Below, in pieces: positions 61,615 through 64,000 of a stretch of DNA of 64,000 nucleotides; position 1 is the stretch's first letter; the number at the start of each line of letters is the position of its first letter. The notes under the pieces are model-generated. The model did no database searches, was not told where the DNA came from, and was given only the letters and a program-made list of their open reading frames with translations. Source of the stretch: Promethearchaeota archaeon (GTDB lineage: Archaea > Asgardarchaeota > Lokiarchaeia > Sigyniarchaeales > SOKP01). The stretch covers positions 1-64,000 of the forward strand of contig JAUVXW010000020.1 of NCBI GenBank assembly GCA_030603385.1, given 5' to 3'. A program made the position numbers and the translations under genes.

Positions 61615-62571
61615 TTATAATTCTTTAATTTCTATTCCTTTTTGTTTGAGGGTTTCCTTATTTACGAGAAGTTCTCGACCTGCGATTTTATCCACTATAT
61701 AAATCAGATTTCCTCCTCTATTTGAATAAATCTGACCATAGGAAATTGGGATATCTGGATTGGGATCATTTAATAACGATTTACCGACTGATTCAACCTT
61801 ACGTTCGCCATTAGCTAACAAAATTACTGTTTTTGCTTTATATACTAGTTCAGCGCCCATACTGATGGCATACAAAGGAGATTCTTCTTTTGAGGAGAAA
61901 TGACCATCTTGTACAGCATTTTCAACAGTGTTTTCATCAAGCTTTACTAATAAAACACTACTATTCTCAAATGGAATTCCCGATTCATGGAATGCCACAT
62001 GACCACGCCCCCCAACACCTATAATTTGTAAGTCGATACCACCAGCATTCTCAATTTTTTGGGTATACCCTTCTAATATTGTTTTACGAATCCAGTTTAA
62101 ATATTCTGAAGTAGGATTCTCTTTAATAACTATTGATTTACCGGCATCTATGCCTAATTCGCTCCAATCTTCTGGATTTACTTCAAGTTCATTTACTAGT
62201 TGTTCTTGATCAATCAAGCAACCATAAGGCACAGTTGTTTCGATAAATTTCTTTTTAAGGAGTCCAAAAAACTCTTGAATCATAAAATAACAATAACTTT
62301 CTGGATGCAGGACGCGTTGTTGAGGATTTTCACCAGGAAGTCCAATATATTCATCGAGGTTGAAACTACGAATCCGATTGTTATCCAATTCACCTGAATT
62401 AAACATTTTGACCAGATGCTTATAAAGACCTATTGGTGAATTTCCTGTAGCTAATCCCAAGATGAATTCTTTTTGTTTTTGAAGTACTTGCAAAATTTTT
62501 TCTTTAACAATTCTAGCTGCTACTTCACTCAAGTGATCAAAATTCTTTGTTATAATAACATTGATTGGCAT
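61615..62571 (-). CDS. nagB: Glucosamine-6-phosphate deaminase
   Basis: LGLATGNSP, FNLDEYIGL, HPESY, GGIDLQIIGVG..GHVAFHE, AISMG. Confidence 0.85.
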   Translation of the reverse strand: MPINVIITKNFDHLSEVAARIVKEKILQVLQKQKEFILGLATGNSPIGLYKHLVKMFNSGELDNNRIRSFNLDEYIGLPGENPQQRVLHPESYCYFMIQEFFGLLKKKFIETTVPYGCLIDQEQLVNELEVNPEDWSELGIDAGKSIVIKENPTSEYLNWIRKTILEGYTQKIENAGGIDLQIIGVGGRGHVAFHESGIPFENSSVLLVKLDENTVENAVQDGHFSSKEESPLYAISMGAELVYKAKTVILLANGERKVESVGKSLLNDPNPDIPISYGQIYSNRGGNLIYIVDKIAGRELLVNKETLKQKGIEIKEL

Positions 62572-62834
62572 ATTCTATACATCGATTTAAAGCATTTTTG
62601 TTTTAAAATAAAAAAATATTATTTCAATTTAAGGTTATGGAATAGATTTTTGAAAATGATTTCAATTCATTTGAAGAACTAGGACCATGAAAACTTATTA
62701 TGTAAATTCTATATCTAATGAAATATGAAGAGGAACATTTTTATACAACAAATTAATAGATGTGATCTCTTACTCAAATATGTTTTGTTTAACAATAATA
62801 ACTTTAAAATATTTTTCACTCCTTTCTATTTTAG

Positions 62835-64000
62835 ATGTGTGGCATATTTGGTATAATAACTAATCAGAAAAACATCTCTCTAGGAAAAATTGTTCTTGAA
62901 GGAATTAAGCGTCTAGAATATCGAGGATATGATTCGTGTGGAATAGTTACTTTATCTGATTCGAAATTATATGTTAAAAAAGATTCCGGAAGAATCGATG
63001 AAATCCAAAAGAAAATAGATTTAACAGAATTTCCAAATGACTCTAAACTTGCCCTTGCACATACTAGATGGGCAACTCATGGAGCACCTACTAAAAACAA
63101 TAGTCATCCACATTTAGATTGTTCTGGTAAAATTGCGGTTGTCCATAATGGGATCATAGATAATTTTATAGAATTACGGAAAGAACTTGCCCAAAAAGGT
63201 CATATCTTTAAATCTGAAACGGATACAGAAATTATTCCTCATTTAATTGAAATTAAAATGAAAGAGGGTTTAAATTTTAAGGATTCTGTAATCGAAGCAT
63301 TAAAGTTATGTAAAGGAGCATATGGGCTGGCTATTTGCCATGCTGACCACCCAGATTCATTTATAGTTGTTAGAAAAGAATCTCCATTGGTGATTGGAAT
63401 AGAAGAGGGGAAAACAACTTATTGTGCCTCAGATATTCCTGCCTTTTTACCTTTAACAAGGAAATGTTATATTATGGATGATGACGAACTTGCCGTATTA
63501 AAAGCAGGAGAGGTTGAATTCTTTGATATTAACACCGATAAAAAAATTGAGAAAGAAATTCAATTAATTGAATGGAATATTGATGCAGCAGAAAAAGGAG
63601 GATATGAACATTTTATGCTAAAAGAAATTTACGAGGAACCAACTGCGATGAAGCGTACAATGAAAATCTCTAAAGATCTTTTACGAATTTTTGCAAAAAT
63701 ACTATGGTCAGCAGAAAATATTTATATTACTGCAGCAGGCACATCTTTTTATGCTTCATTAGCTGGAAAATTTATAATTTCAAGATTTCTAGGTAAGTAT
63801 ATTCAAGCTATTGAATGTTCTGAATTACAAACGCAACTATCCAATTCATTAAAAGATGAATCTGTCATAATTGCGGTTTCGCAATCAGGTGAAACAATAG
63901 ACACAATTGAAGCCATTAGATGGGCAAAAAGCAAAAAAAATGTAAAAGTCTTAACAATTACAAATGTAGTGGGGTCTTCTCTTACCAGATATTCCGATCA
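62835..64000 (+). CDS. glmS: Glutamine-fructose-6-phosphate transaminase (3'-truncated by the window edge)
   Basis: MCGIFG, RLEYRGYDS, AHTRWATHG, HNGII, SETDTE, HFMLKEIYE, AVSQSGET. Confidence 0.96.
   Translation, partial: MCGIFGIITNQKNISLGKIVLEGIKRLEYRGYDSCGIVTLSDSKLYVKKDSGRIDEIQKKIDLTEFPNDSKLALAHTRWATHGAPTKNNSHPHLDCSGKIAVVHNGIIDNFIELRKELAQKGHIFKSETDTEIIPHLIEIKMKEGLNFKDSVIEALKLCKGAYGLAICHADHPDSFIVVRKESPLVIGIEEGKTTYCASDIPAFLPLTRKCYIMDDDELAVLKAGEVEFFDINTDKKIEKEIQLIEWNIDAAEKGGYEHFMLKEIYEEPTAMKRTMKISKDLLRIFAKILWSAENIYITAAGTSFYASLAGKFIISRFLGKYIQAIECSELQTQLSNSLKDESVIIAVSQSGETIDTIEAIRWAKSKKNVKVLTITNVVGSSLTRYSD

Noticed and set aside
62572-62834. glmS ribozyme upstream of glmS
   Set aside because: The region is very AT-rich and lacks the AGCGCC...GACGAGG core.
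1-64000. tRNA/rRNA genes (including tRNA-Sec), integrases, transposases
   Set aside because: No cloverleaf, rRNA-like GC-rich block or recombinase motif was recognised by eye; a tRNAscan-SE/Secmarker run would be needed to exclude them formally.

Overview
AT-rich (roughly 30% GC) archaeal chromosome segment, most likely Asgard archaea of the Lokiarchaeia/Promethearchaeia type. The assignment rests on archaeal rps13-rps4-rps11 and purSQL/purC genes, GGTGA Shine-Dalgarno motifs, a Loki-type FWGHCSNIQxW/LRR family gene and an IPGY-type C-terminal sorting signal. The main signal is missed by the ORF track. At 772-4830 lies a selenoprotein operon: hdrA (772-2784) and mvhD/vhuD (2806-3234) each carry two in-frame TGA codons exactly at conserved Cys positions. 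They are followed by an AUGA...GA SECIS-like stem-loop and an FrhB-family gene with an extra N-terminal domain, suggesting an F420-linked HdrA-MvhD-FrhB redox module with no HdrBC in the operon. Other non-obvious features: hairpins next to the Sec codons; a ~3.2 kb decayed insert flanked by a duplicated frhB 3' end; a GC-rich, highly self-complementary rps11 coding sequence; an accessory surface-protein region where rpoD usually follows rps11; an unannotated RHH regulator that can only start at ATC; a PadR operator; a membrane protein with an RGG-rich tail; and an alkyl-DHAP-synthase-like/CCG Fe-S/FGGY-kinase operon. The rest is lipid/CoA metabolism, nadE, an orphan N6-adenine methyltransferase, an MCP, purine and amino-sugar genes. 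No tRNA, rRNA, CRISPR array, integrase or transposase was recognised.
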